From positions 1,952,001 to 2,016,000 of the forward strand of contig OY762492.1 in assembly GCA_963665845.2 (NCBI GenBank): a stretch of 64,000 bases of DNA, in the 5' to 3' direction. This document shows positions 47,368 through 59,279 of the stretch, one piece after another. This DNA comes from Candidatus Poribacteria bacterium (GTDB lineage Bacteria; Poribacteria; WGA-4E; GCA-2687025). Each line of letters opens with the position of its first letter. Position 1 is the stretch's first letter. The translations under genes were made by a program, and so were the position numbers. The notes below the pieces were generated by a model. The model did no database searches, was not told the DNA's origin, and saw only the letters and a list, made by a program, of their open reading frames with translations.

Positions 47368-50283
47368 ATGGCGCATCACGCCGAAACGAACCTGAACTAT
47401 GTCCTCGCCGACATCCTGCAGGAGATGGCGCCGAAGAGCCGCATGAAGGCAGAAAACACCAGGGTCCTCCGCGAAGGCAGAAGCTATCAGCCCGACATAC
47501 TCATTGCGTCAAGCGGGCGCTCCCCTGTCATCATCGAGGCGGAATATGAACCCGCGCGGGATGTCGAAGAGGAAGCGAAACAGCGGCTCGGCGCCAAACC
47601 TGAGGGGCAGACGCGCCCGGTGGAAGCGGTCGTCGCGCTGATCTATCCAGAAGAGCTGGAAACGGCGGGCGATCTCAAGGCGGAGATGAATCAGGCAATT
47701 CTCAAGTACTGCTTCTTTCAAGAAGACGCGGACGAAGCGGCGGAGGAACCAATCCGCTTTCCCGAAACCGGATGGCTGGAAGGGACGGCGGAAGACCTGT
47801 CCGATATGGTTCGCATGATTTCGGTTCCGCAAAAAGAGGTGGACAGAGCCGCCGAAGCTCTAGAAAACAGCATCGAACAAGCCGCAAAAGTCCTAGACGA
47901 AGACGCCCAAACGCGCCCCGAAATCTCCAAAGAAACGGCGCGGCTGCTCGGCATGTCGAACGTCCCGCAAACGCGCCGAATGGCATGCGCCATCCTCGCC
48001 AATGCGCTCACGTTTCATGAACGCATCGCGGGCATGCATGGCGGCATCCGCCCCCTTGAGCTGGTTTGCGGCGCGCTCAACCCGCAGAGCGCCATGCTGG
48101 AGGTGTGGAAACAGATACTCAAGATCAACTACTATCCGATCTTCGCCATCGCAAAAGACATCCTGACTCAGCTGCCGTCCGACCTTGCAAGCGCCGTCCT
48201 GTCGCAGCTGCGCCCCGCCGCGCAGGGCGTCCACATCACGAACGCGCATGAGCTGACGGGGCGCGTTTTTCAGCGTCTCATCTCCGACCGCAAATATCTC
48301 GCCACCTTCTACACGCGCCCCAATTCCGCCGCCCTGCTCGCAAGGCTTGCTGTCAGCAAATTGCGCGGCGTCGAATGGAAATCCCGCGAGTCGATTGCGC
48401 AGCTGCGCATTGCCGACTTCGCATGCGGAACGGGCGCGCTCCTCTCCGCCGTCTATGACGTGATCGCAAGCAAACATGAACGAGAAGGCGGAAACACAGA
48501 CGACCTGCACCCTGTCATGATGGAGAAGGTTCTGCGCGGATGCGACGTCATGCCCTCCGCAGCGCATATTGCGAGCGCGACCCTCTCCGGCGCCAGACCC
48601 GACATCGACTACGGCGACTCCAAAATCTACACCGTCCCATACGGGCGACAGAAGGACAACACGGTCAAACTCGGCTCGCTGGAACTGCTGACGCGCAGCG
48701 GCGTCATCGCGCTCTTTAACACCACCGACCCAGGACGAGCCACAGGCAGACACGGCGAAGAAACGGCGACCCGCATCTATGTTGAGATGAAGAATGAGTC
48801 GTTCGACCTTGTCATCATGAACCCGCCGTTCACTCGAAACACAGCAAAAGAAGGCGTCTATATTGGGACCTTTGCGGGCGCATTTGCCGCGTTTGAATCG
48901 ACAATCGAAGATCAACAAGATATGGCGAAACGGATGAAGTCGATTCAATCGAACACATGCTACCACGGGCATGCAGGCATGGCTTCAGCGTTCGCTTCGT
49001 TGGGCGACCGCAAACTCAAGCCGGGCGGCGTCTTGGCGTTGGTTCTTCCCTTGACCGCAGTATCTGGGAAATCTTGGCAGAAGTTTCGGCAGATGCTTTC
49101 TCAAAAATACAGCGGTATAGAGATTGTCAACATTGCAAGCAGCGGAAAAGATGTGTCCTTTTCTTCAGATACCAGCATAGCGGAATGCTTGATGATCGCG
49201 CGCAAATCGGGTCCATCAGGGCGCCGCGCTGTTCATAAGCCGCTCTATCCAGAAGCGCGTTTTATATCGCTGCAGAGTTCTCCCAAAAGCATCGCGGAAT
49301 CTGCCGCCGTTGCAGATCAAGCGATTAAATCGAAAGAAACGCGCCGGCTGGATGAAGGACCCCATGGAGGCGCGCCGATGCGCATAGGAGACGAGTTCTG
49401 CGGATCGTCTATTTCCGCTCAAGTGATGCATGACGGCTCGAAGTGGGGATTGTCGCGCATCGCAGATTATTCGGTCGCGCAAACCGCTTATGCGCTTTCC
49501 CAATCTAAATTATGGCCGCCAGGCTTCTTTGAAGGGCGCGATTTAAAAATTAATCCGCTAGGCAATTTCGCTGATCGAGGTTATCACCATTTAGACATCG
49601 TCGGCAAACCGCCTCAGGGGCCGTTTGATAAACTTCCGCCTAGCTCCACAGCGACGTACCCGTCTCTTTGGAATCACAATGCAAAAAATGAAACGCGGCT
49701 GGTCTGTGAGCCGGATTCACAACTACAAATGAGACCAGGCATGAAAGAGAAGGCGGCTAAAGTTTGGGCAACCGCCAGCCGATGCCATCAAAGCTTAGAT
49801 TTCGGGCTGGGATCGCAGCCCCTATCGGTTGCCTTCACAGACAATAAAACAGCGGGCGGACGCGCGTGGCCAAACGTCATTTTTACTGATCAGCGGTTCG
49901 ATTATCCGTTTACGTTATGGAGCAACAGCGCTCTCGGATTGCTTCTACATTGGTGGCATGGCAGTCGACAGCAGCCTGGAAGAAGCATCATAACCGTATC
50001 CGCCATTAAAACGTTGCCGACGCTAGACCTCCGCGCGCTCACGGACGATCAGCTGTCTCTCGCTGAGGAGATCTTCGAGCGTTTTCGGGATCGAGAATTC
50101 AAGCCGGCGTATATCGCCGACCTTGACCAGGCGCGCGCCGATCTGGACCGCGCCGTGCTGTGCGAGCTGCTTGGCTTCGACGAGTCTGTTCATGTCGCTG
50201 TGCGCAAGCTGTCGGCGAAGTGGGCGGCGGAGCCGTCCGTCCGCGGCGGCAAGAATCGTCCCGACAGCGCGCTTGCTGTCTAA
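47368..50283 (+). CDS. Type IIG-like restriction-modification enzyme (nuclease-like N-terminus, gamma-class N6 MTase, TRD)
   Basis: PDILI...IIEAE; FYTRP; DFACGTG; MNPPF. Confidence 0.82.
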   Translation: MAHHAETNLNYVLADILQEMAPKSRMKAENTRVLREGRSYQPDILIASSGRSPVIIEAEYEPARDVEEEAKQRLGAKPEGQTRPVEAVVALIYPEELETAGDLKAEMNQAILKYCFFQEDADEAAEEPIRFPETGWLEGTAEDLSDMVRMISVPQKEVDRAAEALENSIEQAAKVLDEDAQTRPEISKETARLLGMSNVPQTRRMACAILANALTFHERIAGMHGGIRPLELVCGALNPQSAMLEVWKQILKINYYPIFAIAKDILTQLPSDLASAVLSQLRPAAQGVHITNAHELTGRVFQRLISDRKYLATFYTRPNSAALLARLAVSKLRGVEWKSRESIAQLRIADFACGTGALLSAVYDVIASKHEREGGNTDDLHPVMMEKVLRGCDVMPSAAHIASATLSGARPDIDYGDSKIYTVPYGRQKDNTVKLGSLELLTRSGVIALFNTTDPGRATGRHGEETATRIYVEMKNESFDLVIMNPPFTRNTAKEGVYIGTFAGAFAAFESTIEDQQDMAKRMKSIQSNTCYHGHAGMASAFASLGDRKLKPGGVLALVLPLTAVSGKSWQKFRQMLSQKYSGIEIVNIASSGKDVSFSSDTSIAECLMIARKSGPSGRRAVHKPLYPEARFISLQSSPKSIAESAAVADQAIKSKETRRLDEGPHGGAPMRIGDEFCGSSISAQVMHDGSKWGLSRIADYSVAQTAYALSQSKLWPPGFFEGRDLKINPLGNFADRGYHHLDIVGKPPQGPFDKLPPSSTATYPSLWNHNAKNETRLVCEPDSQLQMRPGMKEKAAKVWATASRCHQSLDFGLGSQPLSVAFTDNKTAGGRAWPNVIFTDQRFDYPFTLWSNSALGLLLHWWHGSRQQPGRSIITVSAIKTLPTLDLRALTDDQLSLAEEIFERFRDREFKPAYIADLDQARADLDRAVLCELLGFDESVHVAVRKLSAKWAAEPSVRGGKNRPDSALAV

Positions 50284-50314
50284 ACCCCCAGCCCCTTCCT
50301 TGTGTTTTTAGGCG

Positions 50315-51031
50315 TTAGCGGAGCGTGTCCCCCGGCTCCCAGTCCACAAACTGAACCTCAAGACCGAGGCGCGCCGCTTCCTGTTTCCACGCTTCGGGCG
50401 TCCCCGTCAACACGTCGAAGGTTCCGTAATGGGCGGGCGCGGCCGCCTTTACATTCAGCAGGCGCAGCGCATGCGCCGCCTCCAACGGTCCCATCGTGAA
50501 GTTGTCGCCGATGGGAAGGATCGCCAGATCCGGCTGATAGATTTCGCCGATGAGGCGCATATCGCCAAACAGCGCCGTATCGCCCGCGTTATACACCTTA
50601 TACCCGTTCGGAAATTCAAAGATGAAGCCCGCCGCCTCGCCGCCTGGGACAAGCGTTCCGTCCGCCTCCTGTATGGAGGAGCTGTGTACCGCATGCGTCA
50701 TGGTCGCCTTGAGTCCGTCCGCCTCGACGGTTCCGCCCTTGTTCATGGCGAGGATGTTGTCGAAACCTTTGCCGGTCAGGTATTGCGCAATCTCGACGAT
50801 GGCGGCGACGGTCGGTTGATGCGTCTCGATAATATCGAGAGCGTCGGCAAAATGATCGCCATGCCCATGCGTGATGAACAGCGAGTCGATCTTTTCAAAC
50901 GTTTTGCATTCGTCCGGGCAGGCGGGGTTGCTTTGAACCCAGGCGTCCGCCAGCGCGGTATGCCCGTCAAAATCGAACCGCACGGTCGATTGCCCTAGCC
51001 ATGTGATCTCAAGTCCGTTGTTGAGGCGCAT
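50315..51031 (-). CDS. Metal-dependent hydrolase, metallo-beta-lactamase fold (UPF0173-like)
   Basis: THGHGDH; AVHSS; AGDT; LPIGDNFTMG; HYGTF. Confidence 0.92.
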   Translation of the reverse strand: MRLNNGLEITWLGQSTVRFDFDGHTALADAWVQSNPACPDECKTFEKIDSLFITHGHGDHFADALDIIETHQPTVAAIVEIAQYLTGKGFDNILAMNKGGTVEADGLKATMTHAVHSSSIQEADGTLVPGGEAAGFIFEFPNGYKVYNAGDTALFGDMRLIGEIYQPDLAILPIGDNFTMGPLEAAHALRLLNVKAAAPAHYGTFDVLTGTPEAWKQEAARLGLEVQFVDWEPGDTLR

Positions 51032-51080
51032 TCGTTTCTCCTGTTGAGGCTGTCCGTTCATTTTGCCGTTCCGTTTTATG

Positions 51081-51893
51081 TTAGCGTATAAACGGGAACA
51101 GGTTGAGTAACTCTTTCAAGCGGGGGCGGGCGCCGTATTCGGACAGCTCAAACGCTTCGGCATGCCGCGCGGCGCCGCCTTTCTCCTCGCCGTAAAGCTG
51201 AATCAAAAGCCCGCGCCAAGCGTCCGCGTTCGGGCGTCCGCGCCGTTTTGCGAGCCAAGCGCGCCGTTCCTTCTCTCCCTCTGGAACCTCCGACAGATAG
51301 CCGCCGTTGTAAGGCAGCCACTCGTAAAACTGCGACTCATGCTGATGCAGCATATCGATCTTCGTTTCATACGCCTCGTCGATGCAGACGGCGAGGGTCG
51401 GCTGAAACGGCAGCGGCTTTTGGAACCCGTCGCTCATATACATGATGACAGGGTTTTTGGACATATGCGGCGCGTCGGGGCAGATGTTCGGAACCGTCAC
51501 CATGTAGGCGGAATCCTGCGTCAAAATGGAGGTGTAGCGGTGGTCGGGATGGTAATCGTTCGGGCGGTGCGTGATGAGCAGGTCGGGGTTGAAGCGGCGG
51601 ATGAGGCGTATCAGCTGCTTGCGCGCTTCCAGGGTCGGCATGAGTTCGCCGTCATGGTTGTCCAGCGCGATGTACTGGATGCCGGCGATTTCGCCGGCGC
51701 GGCGCGCTTCTTCCGCCCTTCGCTGCGCGAGCGGTCCGCCGCCCATCTCATGATGCCCGGCGTCGCCGTTCGTGACCGACACAAACTGGACGCAATGCCC
51801 CATTCTCGCCCACAAGACCGCGCAGCCGCCGACCTTGATGTCGCAGTCGTCAGGGTGCGCGCCCAGCGCCAATACGCGTACCGTTTTTTCCAT
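51081..51893 (-). CDS. PIG-L/LmbE family deacetylase
   Basis: AHPDD; TNGDAG; DYHPDHR. Confidence 0.92.
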   Translation of the reverse strand: MEKTVRVLALGAHPDDCDIKVGGCAVLWARMGHCVQFVSVTNGDAGHHEMGGGPLAQRRAEEARRAGEIAGIQYIALDNHDGELMPTLEARKQLIRLIRRFNPDLLITHRPNDYHPDHRYTSILTQDSAYMVTVPNICPDAPHMSKNPVIMYMSDGFQKPLPFQPTLAVCIDEAYETKIDMLHQHESQFYEWLPYNGGYLSEVPEGEKERRAWLAKRRGRPNADAWRGLLIQLYGEEKGGAARHAEAFELSEYGARPRLKELLNLFPFIR

Positions 51894-52027
51894 GATTTAT
51901 CCGCGCCTACGATACGAACTTCGGCGCTATTTTACCGCGCCCGCCCCTCCATCTCAACTGCGGTGTCTGACGGGAAGTCTCTACAGACGATGACGTTCAT
52001 TTTTGCGCGACGGCCCGCCGATCCAAA

Positions 52028-52162
52028 CCGTCATTCCCGCGTAAGCGGGAATCTTAAGGTTCCGCAGCCGCCTCGCCCGCCCTTAAACCCCCCCAGCCCC
52101 CCTTTTCAAGGGGGGAGTCCAGAAACCCCCCAGCCCCTCTTTTCAAGGGGGAGTCCAGAAAC
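52028..52162. repeat. CGTC REP plus duplicated CCCCxxTTTTCAAGGGGG hairpin
   Basis: Direct motif matches. Confidence 0.8.
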
Positions 52163-52189
52163 CCGCGCCCTACGTCATTGGGCTGCTCA

Positions 52190-53869
52190 TCATTCCCGCT
52201 GGATAGAGCGGCTTGACGCAAGCCCCTTTTCTTCATTGATATCCAGCGTCTGATTCGCCGCAATGTTTGCAAGCCGAACCGCCTTGCCGGACGGGAATGT
52301 AACGACCAGCTCCAGCGCTTCCGCCGCGTCTCCTAAGCCGAATGTGAGCGTCTTTTCGCTCTGCGAGCAGTAGCTTCCTCCCCCTTTGAGCGTCTGCGTT
52401 TGACGCCCGTCTGCCGTTTTCAAGACCGCTTTGGCGCCGACAGCGTCTCGGTTGGAGCGGGAGCCTGTGAGGCGGAGGCGCAGTATCCCGGCGGTTGACG
52501 GCGAGTCGTTTCGATAGACGCGCGCCTCTCCGCCGTTCGCTGTCAGGACGATGTCCAGGTCGCCGTCGCCGTCCAGGTCGCCGTATGCCGCGCCCCTGCC
52601 GACCATCGGCTCCGTCAAGCCGACGTCCGCCGCCGCGTCCGCGTACCGCTTTCCGCCGCGGTTGAGAAACAGATGCGGACGCTGCGCGTATTGCACATTT
52701 TGCCGCACCGTTTCGATTTCGTTTTCAATATGCCCGTTTGCGACGAGCAGGTCGACCCATCCGTCCGCGTCCGCGTCCAAAAAACAGAGGCCGAAGGCGA
52801 GCGTCAAAAACGAGGGCGCGCCGATCTTCGCCTCCGCCGCCGCGTCGATGAACAGCCCGTTGCCCTCGTTGCGGTGAAGGCTGATCATCTCATTGGAGAA
52901 ATTGCCGACCGCGACCGTCGCGCGCCCTGAACGGTTTTCATCCGCCGCGTCCACGCCCATTCCCGCCCGCGCGACGCCCGCCTCGTCAAACGCGACGCCC
53001 GCCAGCATTCCGATCTCCTCAAACCGCCCCCCGCCAATGTTTTCATAAAGCTTATCCGGCTCCGTGTCGTTTGAAACGAACAGGTCTATTCGTCCGTCGC
53101 CGTTGTGATCGAACGCGACGACGCCGAGGCTCTTGCTGGTTGGGTCATGTACGCCGGCGGCTTCCGAAACGTCGGTGAAGGTTCCGTCGCCGTTGTTTTT
53201 GTAAAGCCGGTCGGCGGCGCCGTCATACGATTCGGGCGAGCAGTACGATTTGCGCGTTCCGTCCAATGTGCAGAAGATGTCTTTTTCGATAGACCATTCC
53301 ACATAGTTGCATATATAAAGGTCTAGATGTCCGTCGTTGTCCCCGTCGAACCATGCGGCGCTTGCTCCAAACCGTTCATTATGGACGCCCGCCTCTTTTG
53401 AGACCTCGTCAAACCGCCCTGTTCCGTCGTTTCGGTACAGTTTGCCGGCGCCGAGGGCGGAGATGAAGATGTCCGCGTCGCCGTCGTTGTCATAGTCGGC
53501 TGCCGCCGCTCCCATGCCGTAGATCGGCTCGTTGAAGCCCGCCTCCGCCGTTTTGTCGATGAAGCGCGGGGAGGAGCCGGGGGGAGCCTGTTCAAAATAG
53601 GCGGGCGTTTGCGGTTCGCCGGTCGGATTGCCCTGCCAGTCCATGCCGTTCACAAAGAGGATGTCGAGCCGTCCGTCGCTGTTTGCGTCCAGGATCGCGA
53701 CGCCGCTTCCCATCGTTTCGGGCAGGTATTTTTTGCCGAAGGCGCCGTTGTTGTGTTTGAAATAGACGCCCCATTCGGCGCTTATTTCTGTGAAACGCGG
53801 TCCCGCCTCGCCGTATGCCGGCGCCGACATCAACAGAAACGCGCAGAAAGCCGCCCTCAACCGCCCCAT
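52190..53869 (-). CDS. CRTAC1 family protein (FG-GAP repeats plus ASPIC/UnbV domain)
   Basis: PETMGSG; DxDxDG repeats; NRDAVGA...GGSYCSQ...FGLG. Confidence 0.93.
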   Translation of the reverse strand: MGRLRAAFCAFLLMSAPAYGEAGPRFTEISAEWGVYFKHNNGAFGKKYLPETMGSGVAILDANSDGRLDILFVNGMDWQGNPTGEPQTPAYFEQAPPGSSPRFIDKTAEAGFNEPIYGMGAAAADYDNDGDADIFISALGAGKLYRNDGTGRFDEVSKEAGVHNERFGASAAWFDGDNDGHLDLYICNYVEWSIEKDIFCTLDGTRKSYCSPESYDGAADRLYKNNGDGTFTDVSEAAGVHDPTSKSLGVVAFDHNGDGRIDLFVSNDTEPDKLYENIGGGRFEEIGMLAGVAFDEAGVARAGMGVDAADENRSGRATVAVGNFSNEMISLHRNEGNGLFIDAAAEAKIGAPSFLTLAFGLCFLDADADGWVDLLVANGHIENEIETVRQNVQYAQRPHLFLNRGGKRYADAAADVGLTEPMVGRGAAYGDLDGDGDLDIVLTANGGEARVYRNDSPSTAGILRLRLTGSRSNRDAVGAKAVLKTADGRQTQTLKGGGSYCSQSEKTLTFGLGDAAEALELVVTFPSGKAVRLANIAANQTLDINEEKGLASSRSIQRE

Positions 53870-55651
53870 TTAGACGCCCCGTTTCCGTTCATACGCCGCC
53901 CACTCCGCCGCCAAGAATGCAGCCGCCAAGAGCGCGAGCCATGGCCAAAACTCCCGCTTTTGAACATCGGACGCCGCCTCCGCCGCGGGCGCCGCCGCAT
54001 GCGCCTCTCCGTTTTTTATCGGCTCCATTTCGGAGCGCGGAACGTTGACGGCGGTCAACCCCTGCGGCTGACCGTCCGCGTAGACGCGGTAGATCCCCGC
54101 CACATTGATTCTTGCCGGACGCGCCAGCGGCGCGCGCCGATCCGTTCCGACCCGCTCAATCTCTAGGCTTGACGCGCTCAACTTCGGCAGCGGGATCGGC
54201 TCCCCCGCTTCCGCCGACAGCGGAACCGACCGCGCCCCCTCCCGCGCCCATTCCGCCAGATTCGACGCGAACACCACCGCGGCGGGCGTCATCGCAAAAT
54301 CGGTCTCGTTCAGGTTAAAGGCGTCAAACGCCGCGAGAACGATGCGCCGCCGCGGCGATTCAAACAGCGCGATCAGCGGCGCCTCTTCCGTCCACACAAG
54401 CCGACGCGCCTGCGGATTCAGCCGATACGCGCCCGCGGACCGCGCCGTCAGCCCGCTCCAGTCGGCAAAGCGGGTTAGCCGTTCGGACGGGTCATGCCGC
54501 GCGTCCGATACATTATATAAGTCGCCAATCCGTTCGGCGAAGGGCAGATCTCCCGCTGGGTTCACGGCGAGCGCGCTTCCGTCCGGCCATTCTTCGGGCG
54601 CTGCGCCGTCAAACACAACGAGCGCGTAGTCGCCGCTTGGCAGATACTCCTCAGGAGAGACGCGCTCCACGACCGCGTCCCCGCTCAACGCGAAGGCGGC
54701 GTCTCGAAACGGGTTTTCATCCCCGACCGTCAAGATGCGCAGCGCCGTTTTTTTGGGCAAGACGGCGTATGCCGCGTCGTCGCGGTCGAGATCGCCCCCG
54801 TTGTCGAGGCGGACGCTCAAGGCGGTTTCGCTGTCGTCCGACGCGCCGCCTGTGAAGGAAATTTGGACGCTCCGCATCGGCTTTATTTCGACAGCCCGCG
54901 CGTCCACAGGCGCGCCGTCCTGCGTCAAGTGAACCGCCGCGCGCGCCGTCTCGTCCGACAGGTTCAACGCCTCGGCGTCCACACGATACCTTCCCCCTCC
55001 GATCCATCGGGCGCGGACATCAACCAATGCGATGTTTTGAAAATCCGCCTCCTGTTCGTTTCCCCGCGCGTTGTTCTGATCGGTGAACAGCTCTATATGC
55101 GCGTCGGTCTGTTGAGACAGGCTCTCGGCGAAACGCAGCGCCGCGTCCAGATCCGCATGCGCGTCGGTCGGCTGAAGGCGTTTCAGCGCTTCTTCAATCG
55201 CGTTCGGATCTTGGGTGAACCCTTGCGCCAAAACAGGCGTCGGTCCCGCGGCGACGAGAGCCGCTAAAGCGTTCATCGGGGCGCTCTCCAGCCGTTTCAA
55301 CGCGCGGCGCTTCGCCTCTTCGAGTCGGTTTGGTTGAATGTCGCGCGCCGCCATGCTCGCGGAGACGTCCACGATCAGAACGACGCGCCGCGCCGCGAGC
55401 CGATCCGTCTCCATATAGGGTCGGGCGATGGCGGCGACGGCGGCCGTCATTGCCGCCAGTTGAAGAAGAAGGCGCAGGTTGATCTTTAACCGTCCCGCCG
55501 AGGCGGCGCGCGGCAGGCTGTCCGATTCCTCCCCCCAAAGAAGCAGACTCGGAACGATATAGACGGGCGGCTTCGGCTGAAGCAGGCTCAACAGCGCCGC
55601 AACCGGCAGCAAAACCGCCAGCAGCCATGCCCACGGCGCCAAAAAACCCAC
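53870..55651 (-). CDS. BatA N-terminal/VWA domain membrane protein
   Basis: VPSLLLW; ARP; MIDAS motif DVSASM; C-terminal TM WPWLALLA...EW. Confidence 0.88.
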   Translation of the reverse strand: MGFLAPWAWLLAVLLPVAALLSLLQPKPPVYIVPSLLLWGEESDSLPRAASAGRLKINLRLLLQLAAMTAAVAAIARPYMETDRLAARRVVLIVDVSASMAARDIQPNRLEEAKRRALKRLESAPMNALAALVAAGPTPVLAQGFTQDPNAIEEALKRLQPTDAHADLDAALRFAESLSQQTDAHIELFTDQNNARGNEQEADFQNIALVDVRARWIGGGRYRVDAEALNLSDETARAAVHLTQDGAPVDARAVEIKPMRSVQISFTGGASDDSETALSVRLDNGGDLDRDDAAYAVLPKKTALRILTVGDENPFRDAAFALSGDAVVERVSPEEYLPSGDYALVVFDGAAPEEWPDGSALAVNPAGDLPFAERIGDLYNVSDARHDPSERLTRFADWSGLTARSAGAYRLNPQARRLVWTEEAPLIALFESPRRRIVLAAFDAFNLNETDFAMTPAAVVFASNLAEWAREGARSVPLSAEAGEPIPLPKLSASSLEIERVGTDRRAPLARPARINVAGIYRVYADGQPQGLTAVNVPRSEMEPIKNGEAHAAAPAAEAASDVQKREFWPWLALLAAAFLAAEWAAYERKRGV

Positions 55652-55658
55652 CGCCGAC

Positions 55659-56693
<1,035 letters not shown>

Positions 56694-56723
56694 GGCGTTT
56701 CTCCAATCGTGTGTGCGGTGCGG

Positions 56724-59279
56724 TTACAAACGGGGGTCGACAGGTTCGCTTTCCAGAGCCAGTATTGCAAAGACGCATTCATGCGCTCGGCTGATTGGCT
56801 CTCGTCGGGCGCGCCGCTCCAGCGCTTCCGCGCCAAGGGCAAACTCGCGCAGCGCCAGCATTCGTTTGGCGTTGAGGCTGCGCTGTTTTAAGCGTTGGAG
56901 CCGATCCGGCAACAAATACTCCGGCCCGTAAATGATGCGCAGATACTCGCGCCCTCTGCATTTGAGGGCGGGCTGAATCAGCCTATTTCTTGGGTTATGG
57001 GCGATGAAATCGAGCGGCTTTACGACGGCGCCTTCGCCGCCTTCGCCGGTCAACCGCTCCCACCACTCGATGGCTTCTTGACGCTGCGCTTCGTCAGAAA
57101 GGCGGACGGTTTTATGCTCGGCGGGAATGAGCCATCCAGGGTCGGCGTCGGCGAGACGGCGGAGCGCGTTCAAATGCCAGAGATGGTTTTTGTCTAGAAA
57201 AGAGCGCCCCTCCGCCGCCAGCAGATGAAACGGCGCAATGCGAAGATCGTCGATGGAGCCGACCTCCCAGCAATACCGCCGATACGCTTCCCGATACCGC
57301 TGGACGCCTTCAGCCCGCTGTTCAGCCCGCTCCCGCAGGTATGAAATATCGATGCCGCGCGCCTCGGCTCGGCGCAGCGCCTCCCCCGCCAGACTCAACG
57401 ACGCCTCCCCCGCCGCGCCCGCCGAAGCGTATTGACCCTTGACCAGCTCCTGCGCCTTCGCCGACCAGGGCATGATCTCCGCGTCGATGCATGCCCAGTC
57501 CGTCTCATGCGCGTTCCAAAAATCGGCGGCGTCGAACGCGGCGCGCAGCCGCCGTATGACCGCCTCTTCCTCCGCTTCGTCTGAAAAGAAAGGACGCCCC
57601 GTGCGCGTGTAACACGCTCCCCCCGCCGGCGACTCCACGCCGAACCGCCGCTCCGCCGCCTGCTCGTTTTGACAGATCACCGCGACGGCGCGGGAACCCA
57701 TATATTTCTCTTCGCACACAACCTGCTCAACGCCTTCTTTTTCAAAATACGCAAACGCCTCTTCAGGACGCTCCAGCATGTCGGGCTGGGCGGAAACTTC
57801 ACATGGGGACATGGTCGGCGGGAGATAAACGAGCCACTCAGGCGCCGCGGTGAACCGCGTCATCACCTCCAGAGCCGCCGCGGCGTTCTCCTCATTCACA
57901 ATCACATTGCCCATCAGCCGCGTGTGTATCAGCATCTTGCGCTGATAGTCGGCGATGTTCAGCAGGAGAGCCGCGCCGCCGCCGTCGTCCGCCTCTAAAG
58001 GCTTGGCGGGAACGCTGTACTGCTTTTCGGCGGGGATGGAGACGAGCGTTTTTTCAGGGTAGCGCAGCGCCGTCAACGCGCCGCCGAACACGCAGCCCGT
58101 GTCGATGTTGATCGTCCCGTTCACCCATTCGGCGCGCGTCACAGCGGTATGTCCATAGACGACCGCCGCGCGCCCCTTGTAGTCGACCGCCCAGTCAAGC
58201 CGTTCGGGGAGTCCGTAGGAGTCGGTTTCGCCGGTCGTTTCGCCGTAGAGCGCGAAGTCTCGCGCGGGGGAGGAGGCGCGCCCCTGCATATGTTCAGGCA
58301 TTCCAGCATGCGCCGCGACCAGTTTTCCGCCGTCCAGCAGATAATGGCTCACCATTCCGTCGATGAACGCCGCCGTTTTTTCTTCAAACGCCGCGCGCTC
58401 CGCCTCCGGCAGCGCCTCCAGCTCGGCGAGCGTTTTTTCCAGCCCATGCGTAATTTGAACATTCCGCCCCTGCAGTTTGCGCAGCAGTTTGACGTCATGG
58501 TTGCCGGGGACGCACAGCGCGTTTCCCTCCTCATGCATGCCCATAGCGATGCGCAGGACGTCTAGGTTTCGGGGGCCGCGGTCGGTCAGGTCGCCTAAGA
58601 AGATTGCCCGCCGCCCTTCAGGGTGGGCGTAAACGCCGCGCTCATTCCGCGCGTATCCAAGCGTCTCCAGCAGCGCCTCCAGCTCGCCGCAGCATCCGTG
58701 TATGTCGCCGATGATGTCGAACGGGCCGGCGTCGCCGCGTCGGTCAGTCCATAGCGGCTGGCGGTTGATCTGAACGTTGTTCACTTCCTCTTCGCCGCGC
58801 AGGCGGTACACATACCTGAAGCCGTCCCCCTTGACGCTTCCCGTGAACCGCCGGTGGATCCGCCGTATATGCTGATTAATGACGCCGCGGGGCAGTTGAC
58901 GGTCGGTACGGTTTCGGTTCCGCTCTTGGCATACTTTTTCCGGCATGTCCAAAATGACAGCGACCGGAAACAGATGATACTCTCGCGCCAGCTGCGTCAA
59001 CGGCTTCCGATCTTCCGATTTCAGATTGGTCGCGTCGATGACGGTCAAGCGGCGGGCGGCGAGCCGTTTTGCCGCCACATAATGGAGCGCGTCGAAGGCG
59101 TCCTGCGTCGCGTCCATGTTGTTCTCGTCGTCCCCGATCATCGCGCGGAAAGCGTCTGACGAAAGCGTCTCGGTCGCCTTAAAATGCTGGCGCGCGAAGG
59201 AGCTTTTGCCTGAACAAGAGGCGCCGATGAGGACGACAAGGGAAGGGTCGGGTATCTGCAGGACGCGCGGCTCCTTCAT
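56724..59279 (-). CDS. pnkp: Polynucleotide kinase-phosphatase-ligase Pnkp
   Basis: Kinase GASCSGKS; metallophosphoesterase GDIHG/GDLTDRG/GNHD; ligase motif I CEEKYMGSR; C-terminal ESEPVDPRL. Confidence 0.95.
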   Translation of the reverse strand: MKEPRVLQIPDPSLVVLIGASCSGKSSFARQHFKATETLSSDAFRAMIGDDENNMDATQDAFDALHYVAAKRLAARRLTVIDATNLKSEDRKPLTQLAREYHLFPVAVILDMPEKVCQERNRNRTDRQLPRGVINQHIRRIHRRFTGSVKGDGFRYVYRLRGEEEVNNVQINRQPLWTDRRGDAGPFDIIGDIHGCCGELEALLETLGYARNERGVYAHPEGRRAIFLGDLTDRGPRNLDVLRIAMGMHEEGNALCVPGNHDVKLLRKLQGRNVQITHGLEKTLAELEALPEAERAAFEEKTAAFIDGMVSHYLLDGGKLVAAHAGMPEHMQGRASSPARDFALYGETTGETDSYGLPERLDWAVDYKGRAAVVYGHTAVTRAEWVNGTINIDTGCVFGGALTALRYPEKTLVSIPAEKQYSVPAKPLEADDGGGAALLLNIADYQRKMLIHTRLMGNVIVNEENAAAALEVMTRFTAAPEWLVYLPPTMSPCEVSAQPDMLERPEEAFAYFEKEGVEQVVCEEKYMGSRAVAVICQNEQAAERRFGVESPAGGACYTRTGRPFFSDEAEEEAVIRRLRAAFDAADFWNAHETDWACIDAEIMPWSAKAQELVKGQYASAGAAGEASLSLAGEALRRAEARGIDISYLRERAEQRAEGVQRYREAYRRYCWEVGSIDDLRIAPFHLLAAEGRSFLDKNHLWHLNALRRLADADPGWLIPAEHKTVRLSDEAQRQEAIEWWERLTGEGGEGAVVKPLDFIAHNPRNRLIQPALKCRGREYLRIIYGPEYLLPDRLQRLKQRSLNAKRMLALREFALGAEALERRARREPISRAHECVFAILALESEPVDPRL

